Shown here: one piece after another, positions 51,838-61,274 of the stretch
How positions within the stretch are numbered: the first letter of the stretch is position 1
Layout of the letters: the number at the start of each line of letters is the position of its first letter
Assembly: GCA_963783305.1 (NCBI GenBank)
Contig: CAWAMW010000015.1
Location: 224,001-288,000 of the forward strand
DNA from: an uncultured Gemmatimonadales bacterium
GTDB taxonomy: Bacteria; Gemmatimonadota; Gemmatimonadetes; Longimicrobiales; RSA9
DNA: 64,000 bases
Direction: 5' to 3'
Made by a program: the position numbers and the translations under genes
The notes under the pieces: model-generated
What the model was told of the DNA's origin: nothing
What the model saw: the letters and a program-made list of their open reading frames with translations, nothing else
Databases searched by the model: none

Positions 51838-52857
51838 CTACGCCCCGGATGGCAGCTTCAAGGTGAACGCGCTGCCTGATCCGGGCTCGCTTCGGACCTC
51901 GATGTCGCCACCGAGCATTTCCGCGTAGCGCTTGCTGATGGCGAGCCCGAGGCCGCTGCCGCCGGCCTCGCGGGTCAGGGAGCTGTCGGACTGCCAGAAC
52001 GGCTCGAAGATGTGGCCCATCTCCTCATCGGTCATCCCCGGACCGGTGTCGATGACGTGCATCGCCAGGGTGCCGTTCCCGCCATCCTCGATGCGGACTC
52101 GACGCGTCCATCCTCGGTGAACTTGGCGGCGTTGCCCAGGAGGTTGAGCAGGATCTGGCGGAGCTTGCGCGGGTCCGACCGGATCGTCTCCGGCGCTTCG
52201 TCGTCGCGGATCCGGAACTCCAGGCCCTTCCTCTCGGACAGTGGGGTTATGATCGCCTGGACCTCCTCCACGAGGTCCGCCGTCGAGAGGGGCCCGACCT
52301 CGAAGCCCTCCTGCCCCGCGTCCACGCGGGCAAACTGGAGGATCTCCTCGATGAGCTGGAGCAGGTGCCGGGCGCTTACCCTGATGCGCTCGACGTGGCG
52401 CTCCTGGGCGGAGGTCAGATCGTCCGGGACGCCGAGCTCCATGAGGTCGATATAGCCGGTGATGGCGTTCAGCGGTGTGCGGAGCGTATGAGACCAGCTG
52501 GTCGAAGCGGCTCCGCTGAGTGGTCGGCCGCGCACGTCTCGCGCCCCGTGCGGCCGTAGCGCTCCCGCACGGACGCGCGCACGAAGTAGGCGAGGGGGAA
52601 CGCGTCGACCGGGACGGTGAACAGGAAATCGCGTCCCTCGACCTGACCAATGCTCGGAATGACGTCGACCTCGCCGGTCTGAAGGGCGCTCCGGACCCAG
52701 GCGAACGAGGCGTAGACGCGGATGCGGGGCTCGAACCGGGCCCTTCGGGCGACCGACCTGAAGGTCTCGACCGCGAACCCGGCCGGCTCATCCGAGGAAG
52801 TAAGGACGGCCCTGCATGATTCGGGTGCTGGCCCGGTCTGCCTTGAAGGTAACCCAC
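51838..52857 (-). pseudogene. Decayed sensor histidine kinase (partial solute-binding domain, HisKA, HATPase)
   Basis: PAGFAVE..ALQTGEVD fragment; SHTLRTPLNAI; NLLGNAAKFT; DTGPG..GSGLGL, spread over three frames with no TM linker. Confidence 0.7.
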
Positions 52858-53039
52858 CGGTCACTGATCTCCTATTCGCCCGCCGTGGGTCCGTGGGGCC
52901 GACGCGCCGGACGACAGGGGCCGGGAACCGGCGATGACGCGGGAGTGTAGCCAACGGACGGCGCGGCATGGGCGGGGGGCGGGCTCCCGCTGGATCCGGG
53001 ACGACCGCCTGCGCCGGCTCTCGAGAGTGGGCATCAGAG

Positions 53040-53768
53040 ATGCGGAACGGGACGGTATGGGCCGCGGCTATCCTCGCCGTGGGGATGGCGGTGGCCGGGT
53101 GGTCGGTGGGCCACGGGTTCACGGAAGCGCGACGGGACCGGTTCGTGACGGTGAAGGGCGTGGCGGAGCGGGACGTGGACGCCGACCTGGCGCTGTGGCC
53201 GTTCCGGGTCGTGGGGGCGGCCGATGAGCTGGGCACGGCGCAGGCGGAGATCCAGCGGAGCATGCGCCTCGTGCTGGACTTCCTGGTCCGCAACGGGATC
53301 GACACCGCGGGGGCGGCTCTCGAGGGCATGGAAGTGAGCGACCGTCTGGCCGAGCAGTACGGAAACGCCAACCGGGCCGGGCCCCGCTACCTGGTGCAGC
53401 AGCTCATGGTGATCCGGTCCGAGGACGTGGCGGCGATCCACGTCGCCAGCCAGCGGGTGGGCGAACTGGTGGACGCCGGTGTCGTGCTCCGATCGGGCAC
53501 CGGCTACGGCCCCGTGAAGCCGAATTACCTCTTCAAGCGATTGAACGAGCTGAAGCCGGCCATGATCGCCGAGGCCACGGCCAGCGCCAGGGAGGCGGCG
53601 CAGCAGTTCGCCGAAGACTCGGGGAGCCGGCTCGAGGGCATCCGCCGGGCCAACCAGGGGGTGTTCCAGATCCTCCCCCGCGACGGCGCCCCCGGCATCA
53701 ACGAGTCCGATCAGGTGGACAAGACGGTTCGGGTCGTCTCCACCATCGAGTACCAGCTCGGGAACTGA
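53040..53768 (+). CDS. SIMPL (DUF541) domain protein
   Basis: VTVKGVAER..ADLA.W, KPAMIAEAT, ANQGVFQI, KTVRVVSTIEY. Confidence 0.88.
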   Translation: MRNGTVWAAAILAVGMAVAGWSVGHGFTEARRDRFVTVKGVAERDVDADLALWPFRVVGAADELGTAQAEIQRSMRLVLDFLVRNGIDTAGAALEGMEVSDRLAEQYGNANRAGPRYLVQQLMVIRSEDVAAIHVASQRVGELVDAGVVLRSGTGYGPVKPNYLFKRLNELKPAMIAEATASAREAAQQFAEDSGSRLEGIRRANQGVFQILPRDGAPGINESDQVDKTVRVVSTIEYQLGN

Positions 53769-53854
53769 CCCGCGGGACGTGCGCGTGCTCTGGGCGCCCG
53801 GATCCCCGGTCCGGCGGCGATCAGCCGTCGGCGTCGTCGTGAATGCGGCGGCGA

Positions 53855-55258
53855 TCAGCCGTGGGGGGCGTCCTGCATGCGGCGCCGCTCGTTGGCGCGG
53901 GAGCGGAGCCCGAGGGCGGCGAGGGTGAGGAGTCCGAGCCCGATGGCGACCATGAAGAACGCCACCGAGTAGGCCTCGACGCCGGTGCCGGCGGAGGCGA
54001 TGACGGCGCCGAGGATGGCGCTGCCGACGAGCTGGCCGATGGAGGTGAAGACGGTGAGGATGCCCTGGGCGGCGCCGCGTTCGGAGGCGGGGGCCTCGGC
54101 GAGCATGATGTAGCGGAGCGAGGAGCCGAGGAGCCCGGCCATGCCGAGGCCGATGGTGGTTCCACCGGCGTAGAACATCCAGAGCACGTCGGGGAACGCG
54201 GCGACGGCGGCGGTCCCGAGGGTCATGAGGGCGGTGGCGATGAAGACGATGACGCGGGACCCCAGCCGGTCCAGGAGCCGACCGAAGACCGGTGCGCCGA
54301 AGCCCATGGCGATGACGATGGGCAGGAGCATGAACGAGGCTTTCGACGCGGTCACGCCGTAGGCGGCTACGAGGAGCGCGGGGACGAAGACGACGGCGGC
54401 CTCACTCACGCCGGCGCCGATGGAGAGCCCGCTGGCGATGACCACCTGCCGGGAGCGGAACAGGCCGGGCCGGATGACCGGGTCGGCGGCGCGTCGCTCG
54501 ATGAAGGGGAACGCGAGGCCGAGGAGCGCGGCGCCGGCCAGGGGGAGGGCCACCTGCGGCGACGCCACGCTGGCCACGAGGTCGCCGGCGTGGATCCGGT
54601 TCAGCGCCCAGGCGAAGGAGCCGAGCATAACGGCCAGGACGCTGACCCCGAGGTAGTCGAACGGACGAGGCTCCACCGCCCCGCCCGCCGGCAGCACCCG
54701 CCACGCGGCCACCACCACGATCACGGCGATGGGCAGGTTCACCAGGAAGAGCCAGTGCCAACTCAGGAGGAGCAGCAGGCCGCCCAGGATCGGACCCACC
54801 AGGAACGCCAACCCGAAGACCGCGCCGATCAGGCCCAGCGCCGCGCCGCGCCGCTCCGGCGGGAACACGTCCCCGATCACCGCGCTGGCCACGGGGAAGA
54901 TCCCGCCCGCGCCGAGCCCCTGCACCGCCCGCCCCGCCAGCACCACCCCGAACGTCGGCGCCAGCGCCACCATCAGCGAGCCCGCGCCGAAGATCGCCAC
55001 GTCCACCGCGTACACGCCGCGCCGGCCGTACCGGTCGCTCAGCTTCGCCATGATGGGCGTGCCGATCAGGTTGAACAGCACGTAGATCGTCAGCATCCAC
55101 GCCGCCGCACGCTCGTCGATCCCGAACGCCTCCCGCATGGCCGGAAGCGCCGGGCCGATGATGGCGATGTCGAGCGCGCCCATGAGCACGCCCGTGAACA
55201 GGACCGCCATCACCCTGTTGCGCTGCGATCTGCTTACTTCCACACCGCTCCCCGACAC
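53855..55258 (-). CDS. MFS transporter, DHA2-like
   Basis: MGALDIAI, KLSDRYGRR, GRAVQGLG, WLFLVNLP; about 14 TMs. Confidence 0.92.
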   Translation of the reverse strand: MSGSGVEVSRSQRNRVMAVLFTGVLMGALDIAIIGPALPAMREAFGIDERAAAWMLTIYVLFNLIGTPIMAKLSDRYGRRGVYAVDVAIFGAGSLMVALAPTFGVVLAGRAVQGLGAGGIFPVASAVIGDVFPPERRGAALGLIGAVFGLAFLVGPILGGLLLLLSWHWLFLVNLPIAVIVVVAAWRVLPAGGAVEPRPFDYLGVSVLAVMLGSFAWALNRIHAGDLVASVASPQVALPLAGAALLGLAFPFIERRAADPVIRPGLFRSRQVVIASGLSIGAGVSEAAVVFVPALLVAAYGVTASKASFMLLPIVIAMGFGAPVFGRLLDRLGSRVIVFIATALMTLGTAAVAAFPDVLWMFYAGGTTIGLGMAGLLGSSLRYIMLAEAPASERGAAQGILTVFTSIGQLVGSAILGAVIASAGTGVEAYSVAFFMVAIGLGLLTLAALGLRSRANERRRMQDAPHG

Positions 55259-55377
55259 GTACGGGTCTCCACCGCCCAGGAGCGCGAAAGGTCACGGAGA
55301 TGCGGCCCGTGAGCAAGGGCACGACCCCACCGGCGGTGCACGACACCGACCCGGGGAGAGCAGCCGGTGAAACTTCT

Positions 55378-55405
55378 TTGCTATTGCATAAGGGGTGTTT
55401 ATTAT
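55378..55405 (+). promoter_or_regulatory. AT-rich sigma70-like promoter candidate for susCD
   Basis: TTGCTA-16 bp-TATTAT in an AT-rich patch about 100 bp upstream of the ATG. Confidence 0.4.
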
Positions 55406-55507
55406 TTCCGCACGGTCACGACCCTGGGAAAGCCCGGGCAGAGACGCGACCGGAGGGACGCTGCAGACCGTGGTGTCCCGGTACCTTCCCGGGCGAGGAG
55501 GGCTGCC

Positions 55508-58500
55508 ATGAACCGAGCATGTCTGATGCTCCTGGTGATGGCGGTCGTGCTGCTCTGGACCCCGCTGGACGCGCGGGGTCAGACCGGCACGATCATGGGC
55601 CAGGTGGTCCACGAGACCACGGGCGAGACGATGACCGGTGTGCAGGTACAGGTGCGGGGCACATCGATCGGCGGTCTCACGAACGAGAGTGGGAGATACC
55701 TGCTGAACGGGGTGCCCGCGGGTGAGCACACCGTGGAAGCAGTCTACATCGGGTACGGCACCGCTCGCGAGACGGTGACGGTGGCCGCCGGCGCGACCAG
55801 CACGGTAAATTTCCGGCTGGGGGAGACGGCGCTGGCGGTGGAAGGGATCGTGGTGACGGCGCTCGGGATGGAGCGCCAGGCGCGCACGCTGGGGGTCTCG
55901 ACACAGCAGATCGTGAGCGAGGACCTGACGCGCGCTGAAGTGAACGTGGTGAACTCCCTCTCCGGCAAGGTGGCGGGGGTGAGCATCACGAACTCGGGCC
56001 CGCAGGGGGGCTCGACGCGGATGGTGATCCGGGGTGAGAACTCGGTGACGGGTGACAACCAGCCGCTGTTCGTGGTGGACGGCGTTCCCATGGACAACAG
56101 CGTCGGCGGCCGTCAGGGCGTGCTGGCGGACCAGGGCGGCTTCGACTACGGGAACGCGATCCAGGACCTGAACCCGGACGCGATCCAGTCGATCACGGTG
56201 CTGAAGGGGCCGAACGCCGCGGCGCTGTACGGGTCGCGCGCGGGCAACGGCGTAGTGGTGATCGAGACGAAGAAGGGCCGGAGTATTCCGGGTGGCAAGC
56301 AGGCGGACATCGTCGTCAGCCAGATCGTGACGTTCGAGGACGAGCTGCGGCTGCCGGACTACCAGAACAAGTACGGGCAGGGGTATGCCGGCCAGTTCGC
56401 GTACTACGACGGCTTCGGCAACGGCACGTACGACGACTGGGACGAGAGCTGGGGCCCGCCGCTGGACGCGGGTCTGATGATCCCGCAGTGGAACGGCCCC
56501 ATCGACCCGGAGACGGGCGAGCGGGTGCCGACGCCGTGGGTGTCGCACCCGAGCAACATCGACGACTTCTTCGACGTGGGCACGACACTGACGACGAACG
56601 TGTCCGTGGCGACTGCGACGGACCGGCTGCACGCGCGTGCGGGCTTCAGCCGGACGAACCTGGACGGGATGGTGCCGGGGTTCAAGCTGGAGCGGACGTC
56701 GGTGACGTTCGCGGGCGGGATGGAGGCCACGGACAAGCTGGACATCCAGACGTCGCTGCAGTATGTGACGGCGGACGGCGAGAACCGTCCGGGCGTGGGG
56801 TACGGGGAGGACAACCCCATGAGCCAGTTCATCTGGTTCGGGCGGCAGGTGGACGTGAAGCAGCTGAAGCAGCTGTACGACGTCAACCGTCCGGCGGACG
56901 ACCCCATGGCGGGGCTCCCGTACAGCTGGAACTACTCGTTCCATCCGAACCCGTACTTCCTGCAGCTGGCCAACAGCAACAACGATGGTCGTGATCGCCT
57001 GATCGGGAGCCTCGCGGCGACGTACGCGCCGACGCCGTGGCTGAAGGCGATGGTCCGGGCGGGCACCGACTGGTACCAGGACTCGCGGCTGAAGTCGTAT
57101 GCCTACGCGCCGCAGATCGACTACAGCGGATTCTACACGACCAACCCGACGACGGGCGGTCGGGAGTTCGTGTCGGTCAACGGCGGGTTCGGGGAGTGGG
57201 GGATCGGCTACCAGGAGACGAACACCGAGTTCCTCCTGACGGCCACGCCACAGCTGTCGCTGCCGGTGACCACGACGCTGGTCTTCGGCGGCAACCGCCG
57301 GGACTGGGAGCGGACGAGCGACTACACGTGGGTGGGCGAACTGGCGACACCCGGGATCTTCGACATCTCGAACTCCGCGGGCGCGCCGGACCGCAATACG
57401 CTCTTCCAGCAGAAGCGGGTCAACAGTCTGTACGGCCAGGCGGAGCTCGGCTACCAGGATTATCTGTTCCTGAACCTGACGGGTCGGAACGACTGGTCGT
57501 CCACGCTGCCGGAAGCGAACCGGTCGTACTTCTACCCGTCGGTGAGCGGCAGCCTGGTGTTCTCGGAGCTGCTGCCATCGCTGGACACCCGGATGCTGTC
57601 GTTCGGGAAGCTGCGCGCGAGCTGGGCGCGGGTGGGCAACGACACCAATCCGTACGCGCTGCGGAACACGTTCCTGGCGGACGAGATCTGGGATGGGACG
57701 CCGAGCTTCAGCGTGCCGGGCGTTCTGGCGAACGCTTCGCTCAAGCCGGAGACCACGGAGTCCATCGAGGTGGGGACGGAGCTCGCGTTCCTGAACAACC
57801 GCCTCGGCCTGGACGTGACCTACTACACGCAGGAGACGCGGGACCAGATCATGCCCGTGCAGCTGTCCCGCTCCACCGGCTACACCGGCCGGATCATCAA
57901 CGCGGGAACGGTGGAGAACAAGGGCTGGGAGCTGCTGCTGCGTGGCACGCCGGTGGTGCAGAACGACTTCCGGTGGGAGACCACGTTCACGTGGGCGAAG
58001 AACGACAACAAGGTCGTCTCGCTGGCAGAGGGCGTCGAGGGGCTGGAGATCTCGAACGGCGATTTCTGGGGCGTATCGCTGTACGCGCGCACCGGTGAGC
58101 CGCTCGGCCAGCTGGTGGGCTCGGCGTACCAGCGGGACCCGAACGGGAACATCGTGGTGAGCAAGGGCGTGGGGGTGCCGCTTTGGACGAACGCGCCGCA
58201 GGTGATCGGCAACGTGAACCCCGACTGGCGGGCCGGCTGGTCCAACCAGTTCAGCTACAAGGGCGCTCGCCTCCAGTTCCTGTTCGACATGCGTCAGGGC
58301 GGAGACATCTTCTCCGTCACGAACCTGTTCGGCCGGTACGGGGGGATCCTCGAGGAGACGGTGGCGGGCCGGTGCACACCGGCCGACGCGCTGGAGCCGG
58401 GTGAGCAGCCGCCGGTGGGCTACCCGGTCTGCACCCCGGAGACGGGGATCGTGTTCGATGGCGTGAACCGCGTGATCGGCGAGGATGGGGACACGACGTA

Positions 58501-58819
58501 CGTCCAGAACGAGACGGTGGTGGATGCCACCACGTTCTGGGAGTACGCGTACAACGTCCGCGAAGCGCACCTGGAGGACGCGAGCTACATCAAGCTGCGG
58601 GAGGTGAGCTTCAGCTACGACGTCCCGGAGACGTGGGCGAAACGGGTGCGGATGAGCGGTCTGCAGCTCTCGGTGATCGGTCGCAACCTCTACCTGTGGG
58701 CGGACGCCAAGCACATCGACCCCGAGACATCGCTCGAAGGGTCCAACGTGCAGGGGTTCGAGTACGGGCAGATGCCGAGCACGCGCAGCATCGGCTTCAA
58801 CATCACCGTACGGCCGTAA
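55508..58819 (+). CDS. SusC/RagA-family TonB-dependent transporter
   Basis: N-terminal carboxypeptidase-regulatory-like domain, QPLFVVDG, VLKGPNAAALYGSRAGNGVV, RNDWSSTL, LKPE, YIKLREV. Confidence 0.95.
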   Translation: MNRACLMLLVMAVVLLWTPLDARGQTGTIMGQVVHETTGETMTGVQVQVRGTSIGGLTNESGRYLLNGVPAGEHTVEAVYIGYGTARETVTVAAGATSTVNFRLGETALAVEGIVVTALGMERQARTLGVSTQQIVSEDLTRAEVNVVNSLSGKVAGVSITNSGPQGGSTRMVIRGENSVTGDNQPLFVVDGVPMDNSVGGRQGVLADQGGFDYGNAIQDLNPDAIQSITVLKGPNAAALYGSRAGNGVVVIETKKGRSIPGGKQADIVVSQIVTFEDELRLPDYQNKYGQGYAGQFAYYDGFGNGTYDDWDESWGPPLDAGLMIPQWNGPIDPETGERVPTPWVSHPSNIDDFFDVGTTLTTNVSVATATDRLHARAGFSRTNLDGMVPGFKLERTSVTFAGGMEATDKLDIQTSLQYVTADGENRPGVGYGEDNPMSQFIWFGRQVDVKQLKQLYDVNRPADDPMAGLPYSWNYSFHPNPYFLQLANSNNDGRDRLIGSLAATYAPTPWLKAMVRAGTDWYQDSRLKSYAYAPQIDYSGFYTTNPTTGGREFVSVNGGFGEWGIGYQETNTEFLLTATPQLSLPVTTTLVFGGNRRDWERTSDYTWVGELATPGIFDISNSAGAPDRNTLFQQKRVNSLYGQAELGYQDYLFLNLTGRNDWSSTLPEANRSYFYPSVSGSLVFSELLPSLDTRMLSFGKLRASWARVGNDTNPYALRNTFLADEIWDGTPSFSVPGVLANASLKPETTESIEVGTELAFLNNRLGLDVTYYTQETRDQIMPVQLSRSTGYTGRIINAGTVENKGWELLLRGTPVVQNDFRWETTFTWAKNDNKVVSLAEGVEGLEISNGDFWGVSLYARTGEPLGQLVGSAYQRDPNGNIVVSKGVGVPLWTNAPQVIGNVNPDWRAGWSNQFSYKGARLQFLFDMRQGGDIFSVTNLFGRYGGILEETVAGRCTPADALEPGEQPPVGYPVCTPETGIVFDGVNRVIGEDGDTTYVQNETVVDATTFWEYAYNVREAHLEDASYIKLREVSFSYDVPETWAKRVRMSGLQLSVIGRNLYLWADAKHIDPETSLEGSNVQGFEYGQMPSTRSIGFNITVRP

Positions 58820-58840
58820 CGGCGAAAGGACGATACACAC

Positions 58841-60295
58841 ATGAGATCGATGAGGAGTGTCCTGGCCGTTTCCGTACTGGGCCTGATGGTGGGGCTCGGC
58901 GCGTGTGAGGACGGCCTGACGGAGATCAATCAGAACCCGAACGCACCGGAAGACGTGCCCGTGGCGAACGTGCTGATGGGCGGCATCTGGGACGTGACGG
59001 CGAACGCGGGCAACCGCGGCGCCTTCGGGCAGTGGACTCAGCTGTACCACGGCGAGAACTGGGCGCAGCACGTCGCCCAGCCGGTGTACAACGACGAGGA
59101 CCGCTACACGCCCCGCAGCGGCGTGGTCCCGGTGATCTGGGACGAGATGTACACCGCGCTCACGGACCTCAAGCACGTGAAGACCGTGGCAGCCGCGGAT
59201 GCGGATGACGACATGTGGGCGGTGGCCGAGATCATGACCGTGTACGGCTTCATGATCCTCACCGACTACTACGGCGACATCCCGTACACGGAGGCGCTGC
59301 GGCTGGACGAGGACATCGCGTTCCCGGCGTACACCCCGCAGTCGGAGATCTATCCGGACATGATCAGCCGGCTGGAGGCGGCGGGCGCAAAGCTCGACCC
59401 GGGCGCCAGCGTCGGGTGGGGGTGGGCCGACCCCATCTACCACGGTGAGCTGCAGGGCTGGCGGGAGTTCGCCAACTCGCTGCGACTCCGGCTGGCCATG
59501 CGGATGTCCAACACGTCGCTGAGCGCACAGGCCGCCCAGGAGTTCCAGGCGGCATGGGGCGCCGACATCTTCGACGACGTGGCGGACGCGGCCGACGTGG
59601 AGTGGTCCTCCGCGCAGCCGGCGCAGAACCCGCTGTACGAGGGGATCGTGCTGGCCGGACGGACGGGCGACTTCAGGCTCAGCAGCTCGCTGGTGACGGT
59701 GCTGCAGGACCTGAACGACCCGCGGCTTGCCGTGTACGCGGAGCCCACCGTCTCCGACGGCGTGTACCGCGGCCTCAGGAACGGGTCGGTCCCGGCCGAT
59801 TATACGTTCGGCGAACGCCCGGGGGGAGCGAGCGACTTCTCGACGATCGGCAGCGCATTCCTGCAGCCGACGTCGCCGTCCACGCTCATGTCGTACTCCG
59901 AGGTGCTGCTGCTGGGCGCCGAGGCCGCCGAGCGCGGCTGGATCGGTGGCGGCGCCGCCGACCTGTACGCCAGCGGGATCGAGGCGTCCATGGAGGAGCT
60001 GGGGATCGAGCCGTCGGCGATCGATGCGTACCTGGCGCAGCCCGAGGTCGCCTACACCGGCCTGGACGACATCTGGCTGCAGAAGTGGCTCACGCTGTAC
60101 ATGGCGGGACCCGAGGCCTTCTCCGAGCTGCGACGAGTCGGCTGGCTGGACCTGGTCCCCGCCGTCGGCTCGACGCTGCCCGCCGGCATGTTCCCGGCGC
60201 GGCTGTACTACCCGCCGGAGGAGGCGCTGTACAACCAGGCCAACTACCCGGGGGATATGCCGATCGAGTTGCCGATTTGGTGGATGGGAAGCTGA
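58841..60295 (+). CDS. SusD/RagB-family lipoprotein
   Basis: Lipobox LGAC, INQNPN, YGDIPYTEA, ANSLRLR, DPRL, QKW; directly follows susC. Confidence 0.93.
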   Translation: MRSMRSVLAVSVLGLMVGLGACEDGLTEINQNPNAPEDVPVANVLMGGIWDVTANAGNRGAFGQWTQLYHGENWAQHVAQPVYNDEDRYTPRSGVVPVIWDEMYTALTDLKHVKTVAAADADDDMWAVAEIMTVYGFMILTDYYGDIPYTEALRLDEDIAFPAYTPQSEIYPDMISRLEAAGAKLDPGASVGWGWADPIYHGELQGWREFANSLRLRLAMRMSNTSLSAQAAQEFQAAWGADIFDDVADAADVEWSSAQPAQNPLYEGIVLAGRTGDFRLSSSLVTVLQDLNDPRLAVYAEPTVSDGVYRGLRNGSVPADYTFGERPGGASDFSTIGSAFLQPTSPSTLMSYSEVLLLGAEAAERGWIGGGAADLYASGIEASMEELGIEPSAIDAYLAQPEVAYTGLDDIWLQKWLTLYMAGPEAFSELRRVGWLDLVPAVGSTLPAGMFPARLYYPPEEALYNQANYPGDMPIELPIWWMGS

Positions 60296-60302
60296 GGGAG
60301 TG

Positions 60303-60406
60303 AGGAGGCAGGAGTAGGAGTAGGAGGCAGGAGTAGGAGTAGGAGTAGGAGTAGGAGTAGGAGTAGGAGGCAGGAGGCGGGGGGCCGGTGCGTCTCCTGC
60401 CTCCTG
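60303..60406 (+). repeat. Compound GGAGTA/GGAGGCA repeat with a downstream inverted copy
   Basis: 8x GGAGTA interspersed with GGAGGCA; CTCCTGCCTCCT from 60394 is complementary. Confidence 0.85.
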
Positions 60407-60527
60407 GCTGTTTGGGGAGGACGCGTCCGTCGGGCGGGTTGCGGGGGCGGGCGCGGCGGGCGCAACTTGAGAGACGGCCTGCAGTACCGGAGCCCAGACC
60501 CCCTCTGGCAGTTGCCCCGGAGCGCCC

Positions 60528-61274
60528 ATGCCACTCGTACGTCTTCTCGGACCGGTTCTGTTAGCGCTGGCTCCCTTCTGCACGACCCGCGCGGTGCCCC
60601 TCGTCGGCCAGGAGCCCGGCCGGGTTCTGGGCACGGTCGTCGACGCGGCGAGTGGCCAGGGAGTCCCGGACGTGCAGGTGCGGCTTCTGGAGCCGGTGAA
60701 CGCGACGGTGATAACCAACGGCGAGGGCCGCTTCCTGTTTACGAGGGTGCCGGCCGGAATCCACGAGCTGGAGGTGACCCACATCGCGTACGGTAGCCGA
60801 ACGGAGCTGGTGAACATCCCCGCCAACCGCACCGTGGAGGTCAGGGTGGAGATGGTGCAGGAAGCCATTGACGTGGGCGCGGTCCGGGTCCAGGTCTCCA
60901 TCCGCGAGCCCGGCCTCGAGCGCAGGGGGTACTACGAACGGATCGATTTCGGGTTCGGCCGGTTCTTCGACGAGAAAGACCTCTCCAGACGGTCCCTGCA
61001 GAGCGCGCTCCGGGAAGTGCCCCGGCTCCGGCTGGCGGGCTCGGGCTTCACGTACACCCCGGTGTTCATGCGCGGCTCCCGGTGGTGCAGGCCTGTCATC
61101 TGGGTCGACCACCGCATGATCCGCCTCCAGGGAGCGGGCTTCGAGGAGATGGTCGATCCGTACAACATCGCCGCCATGGAAGTCTATCGCCCCGGCGAGA
61201 CGCCCGGCGAGTTCATGGAGCTGACCCAGGACTGCGGCGCCATCGTCATCTGGACCTACACGAACACTCGTTAA
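60528..61274 (+). CDS. Carboxypeptidase-regulatory-like domain + TonB plug-like domain, no barrel
   Basis: GTVVDA..TNGEGRF..HIAY; C.PVIWVD..IAAMEVY..CGAIVIWT. Confidence 0.75.
   Translation: MPLVRLLGPVLLALAPFCTTRAVPLVGQEPGRVLGTVVDAASGQGVPDVQVRLLEPVNATVITNGEGRFLFTRVPAGIHELEVTHIAYGSRTELVNIPANRTVEVRVEMVQEAIDVGAVRVQVSIREPGLERRGYYERIDFGFGRFFDEKDLSRRSLQSALREVPRLRLAGSGFTYTPVFMRGSRWCRPVIWVDHRMIRLQGAGFEEMVDPYNIAAMEVYRPGETPGEFMELTQDCGAIVIWTYTNTR

Noticed and set aside
55292..60901. 1869-aa minus-strand ORF
   Set aside because: Antisense shadow of susC/susD caused by high-GC codon bias; no recognisable motifs
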